Source of the DNA: Salinispira sp.
GTDB taxonomy: Bacteria > Spirochaetota > Spirochaetia > DSM-27196 > Salinispiraceae
DNA length: 64,000 nucleotides
Assembly: GCA_965226555.1 (NCBI GenBank)
Contig: CBDDDG010000001.1
Span: 269,951-333,950 of the forward strand
Reading direction: 5' to 3'
In this document: positions 1 through 9,102 of the stretch, piece by piece
Layout: every line of letters starts with the position of its first letter
Position numbering within the stretch: the stretch's first letter is position 1
The notes under the pieces: generated by a model
Databases searched by the model: none
Told to the model about the DNA's origin: nothing
What the model saw: only the letters and a program-made list of their open reading frames with translations
Translations under genes and position numbers: made by a program

Positions 1-480
1 CAGAACACATTGCTCTATGCCGTCACACACAAAACCGCAGCGGAATTAATTGTCAACCGAGCCGACAGCGAGGCAGAGAATATGGGGCTAACTGCATGGA
101 AAGGCGCTATCGTGCGCAAGCAGGATATTTATACGGCGAAGAATTACCTCAATCACGATGAAATAGACACCCTTAATCGCTTGGTGGTCATCTTTTTGGA
201 AACTGCTGAACTGAGGGCGAAAAACAGAATAGATACTACCATGGAATTTTGGCGACAAAATGCCGACCGGATTATTGAAAATAACGATTTTCAACTATTG
301 CACGGCAAAGGACACATCAGCCATACGCACATGGAGAAACGTGCGCTGGGCGAATATGAAAAATTTGATAAAAGACGCAAAACCTTTGATGCGCAGCAGG
401 CGGATAAATACGATGAAGATGAATTAAAAAAGCTGGAAGCCAAAATTAAAAACAGGGTAGGGATCCGCTCAAAGGTTTAA
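1..480 (+). CDS. RhuM-family (virulence RhuM-like) protein, 5' truncated by window edge
   Basis: Motifs YAVTHKTAAELI..RAD..MGLTAWKG..VRK.D..AKNYL...EI..LNRLV typical of the RhuM C-terminal half. Confidence 0.8.
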   Translation, partial: QNTLLYAVTHKTAAELIVNRADSEAENMGLTAWKGAIVRKQDIYTAKNYLNHDEIDTLNRLVVIFLETAELRAKNRIDTTMEFWRQNADRIIENNDFQLLHGKGHISHTHMEKRALGEYEKFDKRRKTFDAQQADKYDEDELKKLEAKIKNRVGIRSKV

Positions 481-543
481 ATTCCACCCCTGTTCTCGCT
501 CATTCATGGACACAACACCTCCGCCATGTTACAATAGCCCTTT

Positions 544-1185
544 ATGGCATCTGATAATCCATTATCCAATAATGCGCCTCATTCGTCATCCGCCAGTCTT
601 GCCGGAAAATTTCTCATTTCCGAATCCGATCTGCAGGATCCAAACTTTCAGTTCACCGTAATACTCATGATCTACCACGACAGCGACGGCGCGCTGGGCT
701 TTGTGATCAACCGGCCATCCACATCCGGCATGGGCGACATTTTTCCCCAATTTGAAAACCATCCCGCTTCCCGCATTCCAATATTTATAGGAGGTCCTCT
801 TCGGCAGGAATACCTCTTCCTTATTCAGAAAGGATTGGACGCGAACGCGTTCCCTGCGGGCGCGCTCCCCGGGGGTTCGGTCGAAATAACGGGCAATATC
901 TATTTTGTGCCGAATGTGCAGCCGGTTCTTGACTACCTTCACGATTCATGGCCACACCTGCCATATGATGAACGCCCCGAACTGCGTTTCTTTGCCGGGT
1001 ACTCCGGGTGGGATTCCGGTCAGGTGGAAATGGAATTGGCTTCGGAATCTTGGGTCACTCATGAGGCAAGTTCCGAAATTATCTTTAATCCCAATCCTGA
1101 AAATGCTTGGAGAAAAGCCCTTCAGAAAAAGGGCGGTCTCTATTGGATAATGGGAGAAACCGGATCAAAACCTTCCATGAACTGA
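544..1185 (+). CDS. YqgE/AlgH family protein
   Basis: L.DPNF..TVIL...H..DGALGFVINRP, GGP and FFAGYSGW..GQ.E.E....W motifs. Confidence 0.9.
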   Translation: MASDNPLSNNAPHSSSASLAGKFLISESDLQDPNFQFTVILMIYHDSDGALGFVINRPSTSGMGDIFPQFENHPASRIPIFIGGPLRQEYLFLIQKGLDANAFPAGALPGGSVEITGNIYFVPNVQPVLDYLHDSWPHLPYDERPELRFFAGYSGWDSGQVEMELASESWVTHEASSEIIFNPNPENAWRKALQKKGGLYWIMGETGSKPSMN

Positions 1186-1186
1186 G

Positions 1187-2230
1187 ATGAGCCGCATAGT
1201 ATCAACAACAATTACTGCACCAGAAGCAGGAAAGTATCTTATCAATTTCCTCAGTGAACGTTTCACCTATCTTAGCCGTGAAGTGTGGAAAGAAGAAATT
1301 ATTCGGGGGAACATTCTCCTCAACAACACCCCCGCCATCTCCCACAATGAACTCCGCCGCGGCGACACCGTCACCTACCGCCCCGAGCAATTCGAAGAAC
1401 CACCGGTTCCTCTGGGCTACCGCATAATCCACCGTGAAAAAGACTTCATTGTCATTAATAAACCCCCGGGGCTTCCCTGCCACCCGGGCGGGCGATATCG
1501 ATCAAACACCCTGTGGAACCTCCTTCTGCCGGAATTCCCCGAGCTTCATTTTATGAACCGTCTCGATCGGGAAACAAGCGGCATAATTGTTGCGGCGCTC
1601 ACAAAGAGGGGGCAGCAGGTATTCAGAAAAACCGAACAGCTTACGAAGGACTATCTTGTTGTTGTACACGGTTCCTTTCCCGAGGTTCTCGATGCCTCCG
1701 GCTGGATATCGCAGGACAGGAACAGCAAGATTCGCAAGAAACAACGCTTCAGCTCCTCCTATCCCGATAACATACCCGCCAAAGATTCCCGCACCATTCT
1801 CACAGCCCTTACGCGGAACAAAACCTTCACCCTGCTGAAAGCATGCATAAAAACCGGACGAACCCATCAGATTCGCGCAACACTCTCCTGCCTCGGATAC
1901 CCGGTTGCAGGCGATAAACTCTATGGACTGGATGAGGGGCTCTTTCTCCGCCTTGCCAACGGTTCTTTCAGTCAGGATGATGCGCAGAGCCTCCCCATCG
2001 GCCATCAGGCAATTCACAGCGCGCACCTTTCCTTTCCCGGGCCGGACAATTCCTCCTCCACAGGTACACATGCACGGCACATATATGCCGAATTGCCGGA
2101 AGCATTTGCCGCCTTCGTCGGTGAAAATTTCAGCATTGATCTTTCGACCGGCGCAGATATTGCCGAACTTTTCCGGCAGCAATGCCAGCCGTTACCGCCA
2201 AGGCCGCCGGCAGAAGGACTGAATAGGTGA
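1187..2230 (+). CDS. RluA-family pseudouridine synthase
   Basis: INKPPGLPCHP, NRLDRETSG and TGRTHQIR..L..LGYPVAGDKLY motifs. Confidence 0.92.
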   Translation: MSRIVSTTITAPEAGKYLINFLSERFTYLSREVWKEEIIRGNILLNNTPAISHNELRRGDTVTYRPEQFEEPPVPLGYRIIHREKDFIVINKPPGLPCHPGGRYRSNTLWNLLLPEFPELHFMNRLDRETSGIIVAALTKRGQQVFRKTEQLTKDYLVVVHGSFPEVLDASGWISQDRNSKIRKKQRFSSSYPDNIPAKDSRTILTALTRNKTFTLLKACIKTGRTHQIRATLSCLGYPVAGDKLYGLDEGLFLRLANGSFSQDDAQSLPIGHQAIHSAHLSFPGPDNSSSTGTHARHIYAELPEAFAAFVGENFSIDLSTGADIAELFRQQCQPLPPRPPAEGLNR

Positions 2231-2237
2231 AGTTTCT

Positions 2238-2843
2238 ATGAGTGTAAAAGATTACGGAATTGAAATATCAGAACTCCATCTCATATCATCAATGCTCATT
2301 GAGTACCAGCACGAAAGCATCCCGCCGGATTACTGGCATGGATATTTCAGCGCAATCGCCGCCAGCCCAATTATTCTCCCCGAACAATCATGGATGAATG
2401 TAGTATGCAATAACATATCAGCAGAATCCATAAGCGATCTCAAAGACCTCCTGCGGAATCTTCTTCAGGGCATCACCGGAGTTCTTCACGAACGAACATT
2501 TGCTCCCTACTTCCCGGGCGATGCGAATAGTTGGAAAACCTGCGACCCCTCACGCTGGTGCGAGGGCTTCCTCACCGCCAGCAATTTGTGGCCGGAGAAG
2601 CTTCAGCAAAAGGCAGGTGAAGAACTCACCATGCTCACCCTGCCCATTATCGTGTTTCATGATCCCGAGCACTATTTTATTCATCAATCTCCCATCCACG
2701 GCGAGGCGGAATGGGAAAAATTTATGGAGCAGACCTTTCATTTTTTGGTCCCCGGGCTGTATGAACTCATTGATCTCTGGCCGGAAATAATAGATAATGA
2801 TGATTTTGATGATGGCGAGAATGAGAATGATGAACAAATTTGA
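2238..2843 (+). CDS. UPF0149/YecA-like protein
   Basis: HGYFSAIA.SP....W and WCEGFL motifs; acidic tail. Confidence 0.65.
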   Translation: MSVKDYGIEISELHLISSMLIEYQHESIPPDYWHGYFSAIAASPIILPEQSWMNVVCNNISAESISDLKDLLRNLLQGITGVLHERTFAPYFPGDANSWKTCDPSRWCEGFLTASNLWPEKLQQKAGEELTMLTLPIIVFHDPEHYFIHQSPIHGEAEWEKFMEQTFHFLVPGLYELIDLWPEIIDNDDFDDGENENDEQI

Positions 2844-2885
2844 CTTTTTAATAAAAAAAAGCGACAATAATAGTAGAGGTTGTAT

Positions 2886-3527
2886 ATGAAGAAAATAATA
2901 GGTATTATGCTGTATCTATTCATATTAAGCGCCCTTTTTGCAGACGGTAGTAGTGATCAGACTGCAAATAGTCTGGATTTTTCTCAATTTGATTGGATCA
3001 ACGCTGATGCTGAAACCGCATCAAGCTTTCTTAATACTACCAATATCAATGCCCATGATGAGAATGGTTTCACTTACTTAGTTTATGCGTCTGCATATAG
3101 CAAACCTGAGGTTGTTTCTGCATTTCTTGCGAGTGGCGCCGATATAAACCAGCAATCAATGAATGGTTGGACACCACTAGCAATTGCTATTCAATATGAT
3201 AACAGGGACGTTTATCATGAACTTATTGAAATGGACGCTCAGGTTTTTTATTCTCAGTCGATACATGATGCAACACCAAGCATAACCCCTTTAGCAGTAG
3301 CGGTTAATAAAAAAAATTCAGATGCAACAGAACTGTTACTTACTACATGGCTTGGGAATGGCACCTCAAATTTTGAATACCTGAACGAAGATAATATACA
3401 AAATATAAATCTGGAACTCCTGCCAATTGGGGTGTCGGTTAAATTTAAAGAATCCATTTCTATTGCCGATTTTACAACCAACATTACCAATGCTCTCAAA
3501 GAGACAGACGCTCTCACGAATCCATGA
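2886..3527 (+). CDS. Secreted ankyrin-repeat protein
   Basis: Signal peptide MKKIIGIMLYLFILSALFA; GADINQQSMNGWTPLAIA and ITPLAVA ankyrin repeats; AT-rich. Confidence 0.8.
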   Translation: MKKIIGIMLYLFILSALFADGSSDQTANSLDFSQFDWINADAETASSFLNTTNINAHDENGFTYLVYASAYSKPEVVSAFLASGADINQQSMNGWTPLAIAIQYDNRDVYHELIEMDAQVFYSQSIHDATPSITPLAVAVNKKNSDATELLLTTWLGNGTSNFEYLNEDNIQNINLELLPIGVSVKFKESISIADFTTNITNALKETDALTNP

Positions 3528-3551
3528 GAAAGTTTTGCTTGCAAAAATTTC
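3528..3551. repeat. Palindromic mini-element (minimal copy)
   Basis: GAAAGTTTTGCTTGCAAAAATTTC between convergent ORFs; CATGA repeated at 3523-3527 and 3551-3555. Confidence 0.7.
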
Positions 3552-3568
3552 ATGATTGGATAGCTTGC

Positions 3569-3859
3569 TCAAGGCAATGCCAATGGAGGTAAATTGTTAT
3601 TGAATTCATTGAGGATTGCTCCATCAACAGCTGTAATGAAACTATTGTTGTCTCCATTGATGATGTAGGTATTGCCAATCTTTATGTTGTTTTCAATGCT
3701 ATCAATATTTTTTTCGATAATAGCAATATTGCCGTTTATATTGCCAATATTATTTTTTACATTAGTAACATTAAGGTGAAGAGAAATGGTTAATGCTATG
3801 GACAATGTCAAAGTTAAACCAACTGTCACTCTCCCAACTATTTTTATTTTATCTGCCAT
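3569..3859 (-). CDS. Small hypothetical membrane protein
   Basis: ORF MADKIKIV... with one hydrophobic helix and an Asn/Ile-rich coil; no family recognised. Confidence 0.4.
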   Translation of the reverse strand: MADKIKIVGRVTVGLTLTLSIALTISLHLNVTNVKNNIGNINGNIAIIEKNIDSIENNIKIGNTYIINGDNNSFITAVDGAILNEFNNNLPPLALP

Positions 3860-3976
3860 AAAACAGCTCACTATTAATTTTGATCCATACGCCAATTCTC
3901 TGCGCGACAAACAACTACGGTGTCCTACACTATTTCCGATAATTATGATACAGTGAGAAAACCTATCGGAGGTGCC

Positions 3977-4459
3977 ATGGCAATAACATTATTTCATACT
4001 ACTGTCAGAATAACAAAAATCCTTGCAAAATGCAAAAGTTTCTTAACAGGAATTCTCGGTGTTTTTTTACTCTTTGCCTGCCAGACAGTCACGGAAGAGA
4101 TTCCCCCCGATCTCAATAAGCAGATATTCTTCAAGGATGCTCAGGAATTTATGGATTCTCTGAATTGGGATGCTGCCTTAATGTATCTGAATGAATTTAA
4201 ACGCCGCTTTCCCGATGATCGCGCCGATATACTTGCAGCCGATTATCAAATTGCCCTCATATATTATAAACAACAGGCCTATAATAGGGCACTGGAAGGT
4301 TTCAAGGCAATACTGGACATATACACTACCAACAATTCCGGCGATGAATCAGGCGAACTCTATGAATGGGTGAGAGTCCTCAGCGAAAAGCTCATTGAGC
4401 GGATAGAAAACCAGAGCGAATCGGAAGAAACAGAAGAGGCAGAAGAAACAAGCGGATAA
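3977..4459 (+). CDS. TPR/BamD-like lipoprotein
   Basis: GGAGGT RBS before ATG 3977; lipobox LLFAC; TPR-like helices (A.YQIA.IYYK..Y..AL..F..I). Confidence 0.7.
   Translation: MAITLFHTTVRITKILAKCKSFLTGILGVFLLFACQTVTEEIPPDLNKQIFFKDAQEFMDSLNWDAALMYLNEFKRRFPDDRADILAADYQIALIYYKQQAYNRALEGFKAILDIYTTNNSGDESGELYEWVRVLSEKLIERIENQSESEETEEAEETSG
4011..4048. repeat. Palindromic mini-element inserted in-frame in a signal peptide
   Basis: TAACA-aaaatccttgcaaaatgcaaaagtttct-TAACA; direct repeats exactly 33 bp apart. Confidence 0.6.
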
Positions 4460-4533
4460 TTGCGTCAGATGACTGGGTATAGAGGTACCATTATGAACAA
4501 AGATATTGTTGTAAACAGGGGAATATGAGAGAA

Positions 4534-4611
4534 TTTTTCTTATATTCACTATATCGCAGAAGGCGGGGAGGTGGTGCGCTTATGGGTGGATTCGCCATGG
4601 TTGAATTCGCC
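4534..4611 (-). mobile_element. Solo left end of an IS30-family element
   Basis: About 65 bp near-identical to 20074-20137 (IR plus promoter region of the IS30 remnant); IR tip duplicated in tandem. Confidence 0.7.
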
Positions 4612-4664
4612 CAGTTGATATTTCCGATATTGTGGTATATATTTTTATAGAGAGGAGCATTAAA

Positions 4665-6788
4665 ATGATGTATAATTTCAATCCACTACGGAAAGTGGGG
4701 GGCTCCTCCTCTGTGTTAGTTGTCATAAGTCTGGTTCTCGCAGCCGTACTTACCGGATGTCCTGAGCCAGTTCAGGGACCCAGTCCGGGACCCACGGTAA
4801 GCCCGCCGGGCACCATGGCTGCCCCAACCCTTGAAGTGGGGAATACTCAACTAAGGGCTAACTGGACTCCGCCGGAAAATAACGGCGGCAGCGCAATTAC
4901 CGCGTATGAACTTCGCCATAGCGATGACGGCGGGAGCAGCTGGTCGGGATTAGTCGAAATCCCCGCGCCAGCCACAAGCATTGCCATCACGAACCTGACA
5001 AACCTCACCGAATACATCGTACAGGCGCGCGCACGGAACAGCGCGGGCGCAGGCGACTGGTCGGGATCAAGCGATGGAGCAACCCCGAATTCAATAGTTC
5101 CCACGGAGCCGAATAATTTTATGCTTGCAGTGAGTCTGCAAACAATTACCGCAACATGGACTGTGCCGACCGATACTGGCGACAGTGCCATTACTCACTA
5201 TGAACTACAATATCGCGTAGTCGGAACACGCGCGTGGGAATCTGTCATTTCTATTACTGTGAATGCCGACCCCAACCACACCTACACCCACCCCATCCCC
5301 AACCTGACAAAAGGTACCGAGTACGAGGTGCAGGTCTACGCTGTCAATGGTCAGGGCAATGGTAACTCAGCGACTGGCACCGCAACCCCTATTGGGCCTC
5401 CTTACGCACCGAATGCTCCTACGCTCACAGGCGGAAACGCCCGAATCACCGCAACATGGACAGCGCCCGCTGACGGCGGCAGCACCATTACCGAATACCA
5501 TGTGCAGCACAGAACAAGCACCGCCGGCACATGGTCAACGACCGATACAGATAACATCGCCACTATTGACGCTGCTACCACAAGCCACCCCATTACCGGG
5601 CTGACAAGCAGTACCTACCAAGTACGGGTGCGCGCCGTCAACGCGCAAGGTAATGGCGACTGGTCGGTATCTGCCGCCCTAACCCTTCCTGTCAAACCCA
5701 GCGCGCCGAATGCTCCTACGCTCACAGGCGGAAACGCCCGAATCACCGCAACATGGACAGCGCCCGCTGACGGCGGCAGCGCCATTACCGCGTACCATGT
5801 GCAGCACAGAACAAGCGCCGCCGGCACATGGTCAACAACCGATACCGATAACATCGCCACTATTAATGACGGTACCACGAGCTCCACCATTACCGGGCTG
5901 ACAAACGGTACCTCCTACCAAGTACGGGTGCGCGCTGTCAACGCTATCGGCACTGGCGACTGGTCTACATCCGCAACGGGAACAACGAAAATTTCTGCGG
6001 CGCAGACTACTCCCGCGGGTACGGCAGCGACGGTAAACCTTTCGGCTGCCGCTATGACCATTATTACCGATGAGAACCCAAACCCAACCGTTGCTTTGAC
6101 CGTGGTGGAACCGGGCACTCTCGTGGTTAGTGCATCAGGAGACATTACGGTCACCGCCGCAACTGCGCCCGCAGAGGTTACCGTTCCGACAGTTGATTCG
6201 GGTACCGGAGTTGTTACGGTTGCTGCGGATACAACGGCAGGAACATATCTGGTATACGGCACTGAATCTGGAGGCACAGACATACTGTTTGCCGAATATT
6301 TCTCCGTTACCGTGAGTCCAACAACTAACGCTGAACTGGACACAGCGGTAGCTGCGGGAATATCAACCTGGGGCAATACTGCCAATCTCAACTACATTAT
6401 TACCACTGCAGTAACGGATATGACCAATGTTTTCCGGGGTACACTTGAAGCTTCAAACAGGTTCAATGGCGATATCTCGGGCTGGGATGTCAGTAAGGTA
6501 ACAACTATGCACTATATGTTCTATGGAGCAACCGTATTCAATGGCGATATCTCCGGCTGGGATGTCAGTAAGGTAACGAATATGAGCAATATGTTCAATG
6601 GAGCACGCGCATTCAATCAAGATCTTGAGGAGTGGAAGGATCATTGGTCGACTGCTGCAGGGACGCTCAATGCCGCTGGCAAATATACCAAAAACAAAAA
6701 CGAAATGTTTGTGGATTCCGGTTTGGATGCGAATCCGACTGTTGGGGATGATAGCGGGGATCAACCGAATTATCCATCATGGTATTAG
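4665..6788 (+). CDS. Surface lipoprotein: 4 fibronectin type III domains plus BspA/DUF285 repeats
   Basis: GAGGAG RBS; lipobox VLTGC; Fn3 motifs (W.AP..GGS.IT.Y...Y.V.VRAVN..G.G.WS); FNGDISGWDVSKVT.M..MF repeats. Confidence 0.88.
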   Translation: MMYNFNPLRKVGGSSSVLVVISLVLAAVLTGCPEPVQGPSPGPTVSPPGTMAAPTLEVGNTQLRANWTPPENNGGSAITAYELRHSDDGGSSWSGLVEIPAPATSIAITNLTNLTEYIVQARARNSAGAGDWSGSSDGATPNSIVPTEPNNFMLAVSLQTITATWTVPTDTGDSAITHYELQYRVVGTRAWESVISITVNADPNHTYTHPIPNLTKGTEYEVQVYAVNGQGNGNSATGTATPIGPPYAPNAPTLTGGNARITATWTAPADGGSTITEYHVQHRTSTAGTWSTTDTDNIATIDAATTSHPITGLTSSTYQVRVRAVNAQGNGDWSVSAALTLPVKPSAPNAPTLTGGNARITATWTAPADGGSAITAYHVQHRTSAAGTWSTTDTDNIATINDGTTSSTITGLTNGTSYQVRVRAVNAIGTGDWSTSATGTTKISAAQTTPAGTAATVNLSAAAMTIITDENPNPTVALTVVEPGTLVVSASGDITVTAATAPAEVTVPTVDSGTGVVTVAADTTAGTYLVYGTESGGTDILFAEYFSVTVSPTTNAELDTAVAAGISTWGNTANLNYIITTAVTDMTNVFRGTLEASNRFNGDISGWDVSKVTTMHYMFYGATVFNGDISGWDVSKVTNMSNMFNGARAFNQDLEEWKDHWSTAAGTLNAAGKYTKNKNEMFVDSGLDANPTVGDDSGDQPNYPSWY

Positions 6789-6793
6789 GAGCA

Positions 6794-6891
6794 GTTTCAT
6801 AGCCCGCAGCGGCTATTGAAACGCTGCAATTCAACTCAGGCAGGCGCGGATTTTCCCCCGGACGCATGGCGAGCAGGAGGCTTGCGCCTTC
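6794..6891 (+). repeat. Conserved structured 3' element (partial copy of 61566-61710)
   Basis: Near-identical to the sequence after the paralog ending at 61566; begins with hairpin GTTTCATAGCC/GGCTATTGAAAC. Confidence 0.75.
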
Positions 6892-6906
6892 TCCTCTATA
6901 CCCGCA

Positions 6907-7956
6907 TCATATCTCCATTTTCTCATCCAGAAATTCCTTCGGGGCTGCTTCAAAACTTTCTGCAAGAAATTCTTCTGCCTTCATTCCTGCCGGAATGCCT
7001 CTACTGAGTGACTGCTTCCATTTTCGGCTTCCCCGCTCGCCTGCAAACAATTCCAGTACTGGCCAGACAAGGCTCCTGACATTCACCCCTTCCTCTGCCT
7101 GCCGAAGGAGATAGCCAAACCAGGCCTCAATAATCTGCCTTCTGCTGGGCGCGCATAATTCATTGGTGTATCCGTTTGTCAGTTCTCCGTAATATCGGCG
7201 ATCCAGACTGGCAAGCTGCCAAGGGCGCTCATAGGCAATTCGTCCAAGCATAACCCCATCGCAATACTTCAGATGTTCATCAATTTCCTCATAGTTTCGT
7301 ATGCCGCCGTTTATTTCAATATGAAGATATGGATATTCCTCCTTGAGACGGTATACTTCCTCATAGCGGAGGGGGGGAATGTGCCGGTTTTCTTTCGGAC
7401 TGAGACCTTCCAGAATTGCGACACGGGCATGAATTATGTAACGCCGAGCCGGACCATCTTTGATGCGCTTTACGAAGGTGCTCATATCATCGTAGGTTCC
7501 GAGGCTGATATTTTGACCTTCAATACCAATACGATGCTTAATACTCACCGGCCGGCTCCCTGCCCTATGCATGACTTCGAGCACACGCGCAACCCGTTCA
7601 GGATCGGCCATGAGGCAGGCTCCAAAGTTATGCTGCTGTACCCGATCACTCGGGCATCCGACATTGAGGTTATACTCATCATAATCCCAGTCTTCGGCTA
7701 TTCGGATAGCTTCCGCCATTTCATCAGGATTATCTCCGCCAAGCTGAAGAACAAGCGGGCCTTCAACAGGATCAAAATCCAGAATGCGGGCACGATTTCC
7801 ATGAATAATTGCCGCGGGAGTAATCATTTCAGTGTAGAGCAGAACCTGCCTGCTGAGCTGCCGGAGAAACCAGCGAAAATGCCGATGCGTTTTATCCATC
7901 ATGGGAGCAATGGATATTGGAGAATGTATACTCGCCGCAGCATGACAATATTTCAT
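6907..7956 (-). CDS. dusA: tRNA dihydrouridine(20/20a) synthase
   Basis: APMMD.T.RHFR, LQLGG, NLNVGCPS.RVQ...FGACLM and IHAR.AIL.GLSPKENR.IPPL.Y motifs. Confidence 0.95.
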   Translation of the reverse strand: MKYCHAAASIHSPISIAPMMDKTHRHFRWFLRQLSRQVLLYTEMITPAAIIHGNRARILDFDPVEGPLVLQLGGDNPDEMAEAIRIAEDWDYDEYNLNVGCPSDRVQQHNFGACLMADPERVARVLEVMHRAGSRPVSIKHRIGIEGQNISLGTYDDMSTFVKRIKDGPARRYIIHARVAILEGLSPKENRHIPPLRYEEVYRLKEEYPYLHIEINGGIRNYEEIDEHLKYCDGVMLGRIAYERPWQLASLDRRYYGELTNGYTNELCAPSRRQIIEAWFGYLLRQAEEGVNVRSLVWPVLELFAGERGSRKWKQSLSRGIPAGMKAEEFLAESFEAAPKEFLDEKMEI

Positions 7957-9062
7957 GAGCTTCCCAACAGGATCACCCGCTCAATCATTGCGCCGCCGAG
8001 GCATTCATTTCCCTCATAAAACACAGCAAACTGCCCGGGAGCAATGCCCTTGTCGCCTTCCTTCATATGAACGGCAAAGCTCTTGCCAAGCCCGCCGCCG
8101 CTCCCTGAAGGCTTCGCCAAAGGCTGCAGACGGCAGCCAATCATTTTCGGCCCATGCCGGAGCTTCAGCCGAATGTCCTTTTTTCCCAGAGAAGTCGGTT
8201 CTGTTCCGCATATCCAGTTCGGATTAACACAGATAAAGCTCTTATGAAAAGCTGCGTGAATTTCATTCTGATGACTCACATACACGGTATTCTCAGGATC
8301 CTTACCCACTACGTACCAGGGACCTCCGCCGAGGCCGAGTCCCTTTCTCTGACCAATGGTATAAAACCAGGCTCCTTCGTGCTTTCCGAGAACCTTGCCG
8401 CTTTCTTTCTCCACAATTGAACCCTGGCCTGTGCCCAAATAGTGTTTCAGAAATTGCGGATACTTTATATTTCCAAGAAAACACATTCCCTGACTGTCCG
8501 GCCGATCCATATTCGGGAGAGCAAGCTTCCGGGCCAAAGAACGAACCTCATGTTTATGCATGTTTCCCAGTGGAAAAAAAAGGCGGGAGAGTTGTTTCTG
8601 ATTCACATGAGAAAGAAAATAGGTCTGATCCTTAATGGAATCGGGCGCCTGAAAAAGATGGTACCAATTGTCGGGAAAGCGCCGCAGCCCGGCATAGTGT
8701 CCAGTAACCACCTGATCAACATCATCGCCGATCTCCTCAAAGAAGGCTCCGAATTTAATACGCTGATTACAAAAAATATCCGGGCTCGGCGTACGCCCCT
8801 CCCGTAATTCTTCGAGTACATAGGTAACAACGGAATCGTAGTATGCCAACTGAAGCGGCACAATAGCCAATTCAACCCCGATCTGTTCACAGACGGCGCT
8901 GGCGGCGGCAATGTCATCTTCCCATGGGCAATTCCCCAAAAAGCTCGCTTCATCTTCAAGCCATATCTTCAGATAATATGCCCGCACATACTCCCGATTT
9001 TTTACCAGATGCAGCGCAACAGAGCTATCGACTCCTCCTGAAAGAAGAACAGCAGTTTTCAT
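7953..9062 (-). CDS. mnmA: tRNA 2-thiouridine(34) synthase
   Basis: SGGVDSSV, TPSPDIFCN..IKF, TGHYA, KDQTYFL, YTIGQRKGL and PGQFAVFY motifs; start reassigned to MKTAVLL at 9062. Confidence 0.95.
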   Translation of the reverse strand: MKTAVLLSGGVDSSVALHLVKNREYVRAYYLKIWLEDEASFLGNCPWEDDIAAASAVCEQIGVELAIVPLQLAYYDSVVTYVLEELREGRTPSPDIFCNQRIKFGAFFEEIGDDVDQVVTGHYAGLRRFPDNWYHLFQAPDSIKDQTYFLSHVNQKQLSRLFFPLGNMHKHEVRSLARKLALPNMDRPDSQGMCFLGNIKYPQFLKHYLGTGQGSIVEKESGKVLGKHEGAWFYTIGQRKGLGLGGGPWYVVGKDPENTVYVSHQNEIHAAFHKSFICVNPNWICGTEPTSLGKKDIRLKLRHGPKMIGCRLQPLAKPSGSGGGLGKSFAVHMKEGDKGIAPGQFAVFYEGNECLGGAMIERVILLGSS

Positions 9063-9102
9063 ATGCGGGAACTCGCTGGATTCGCGGAACTCGCGGGAAC
9101 TC

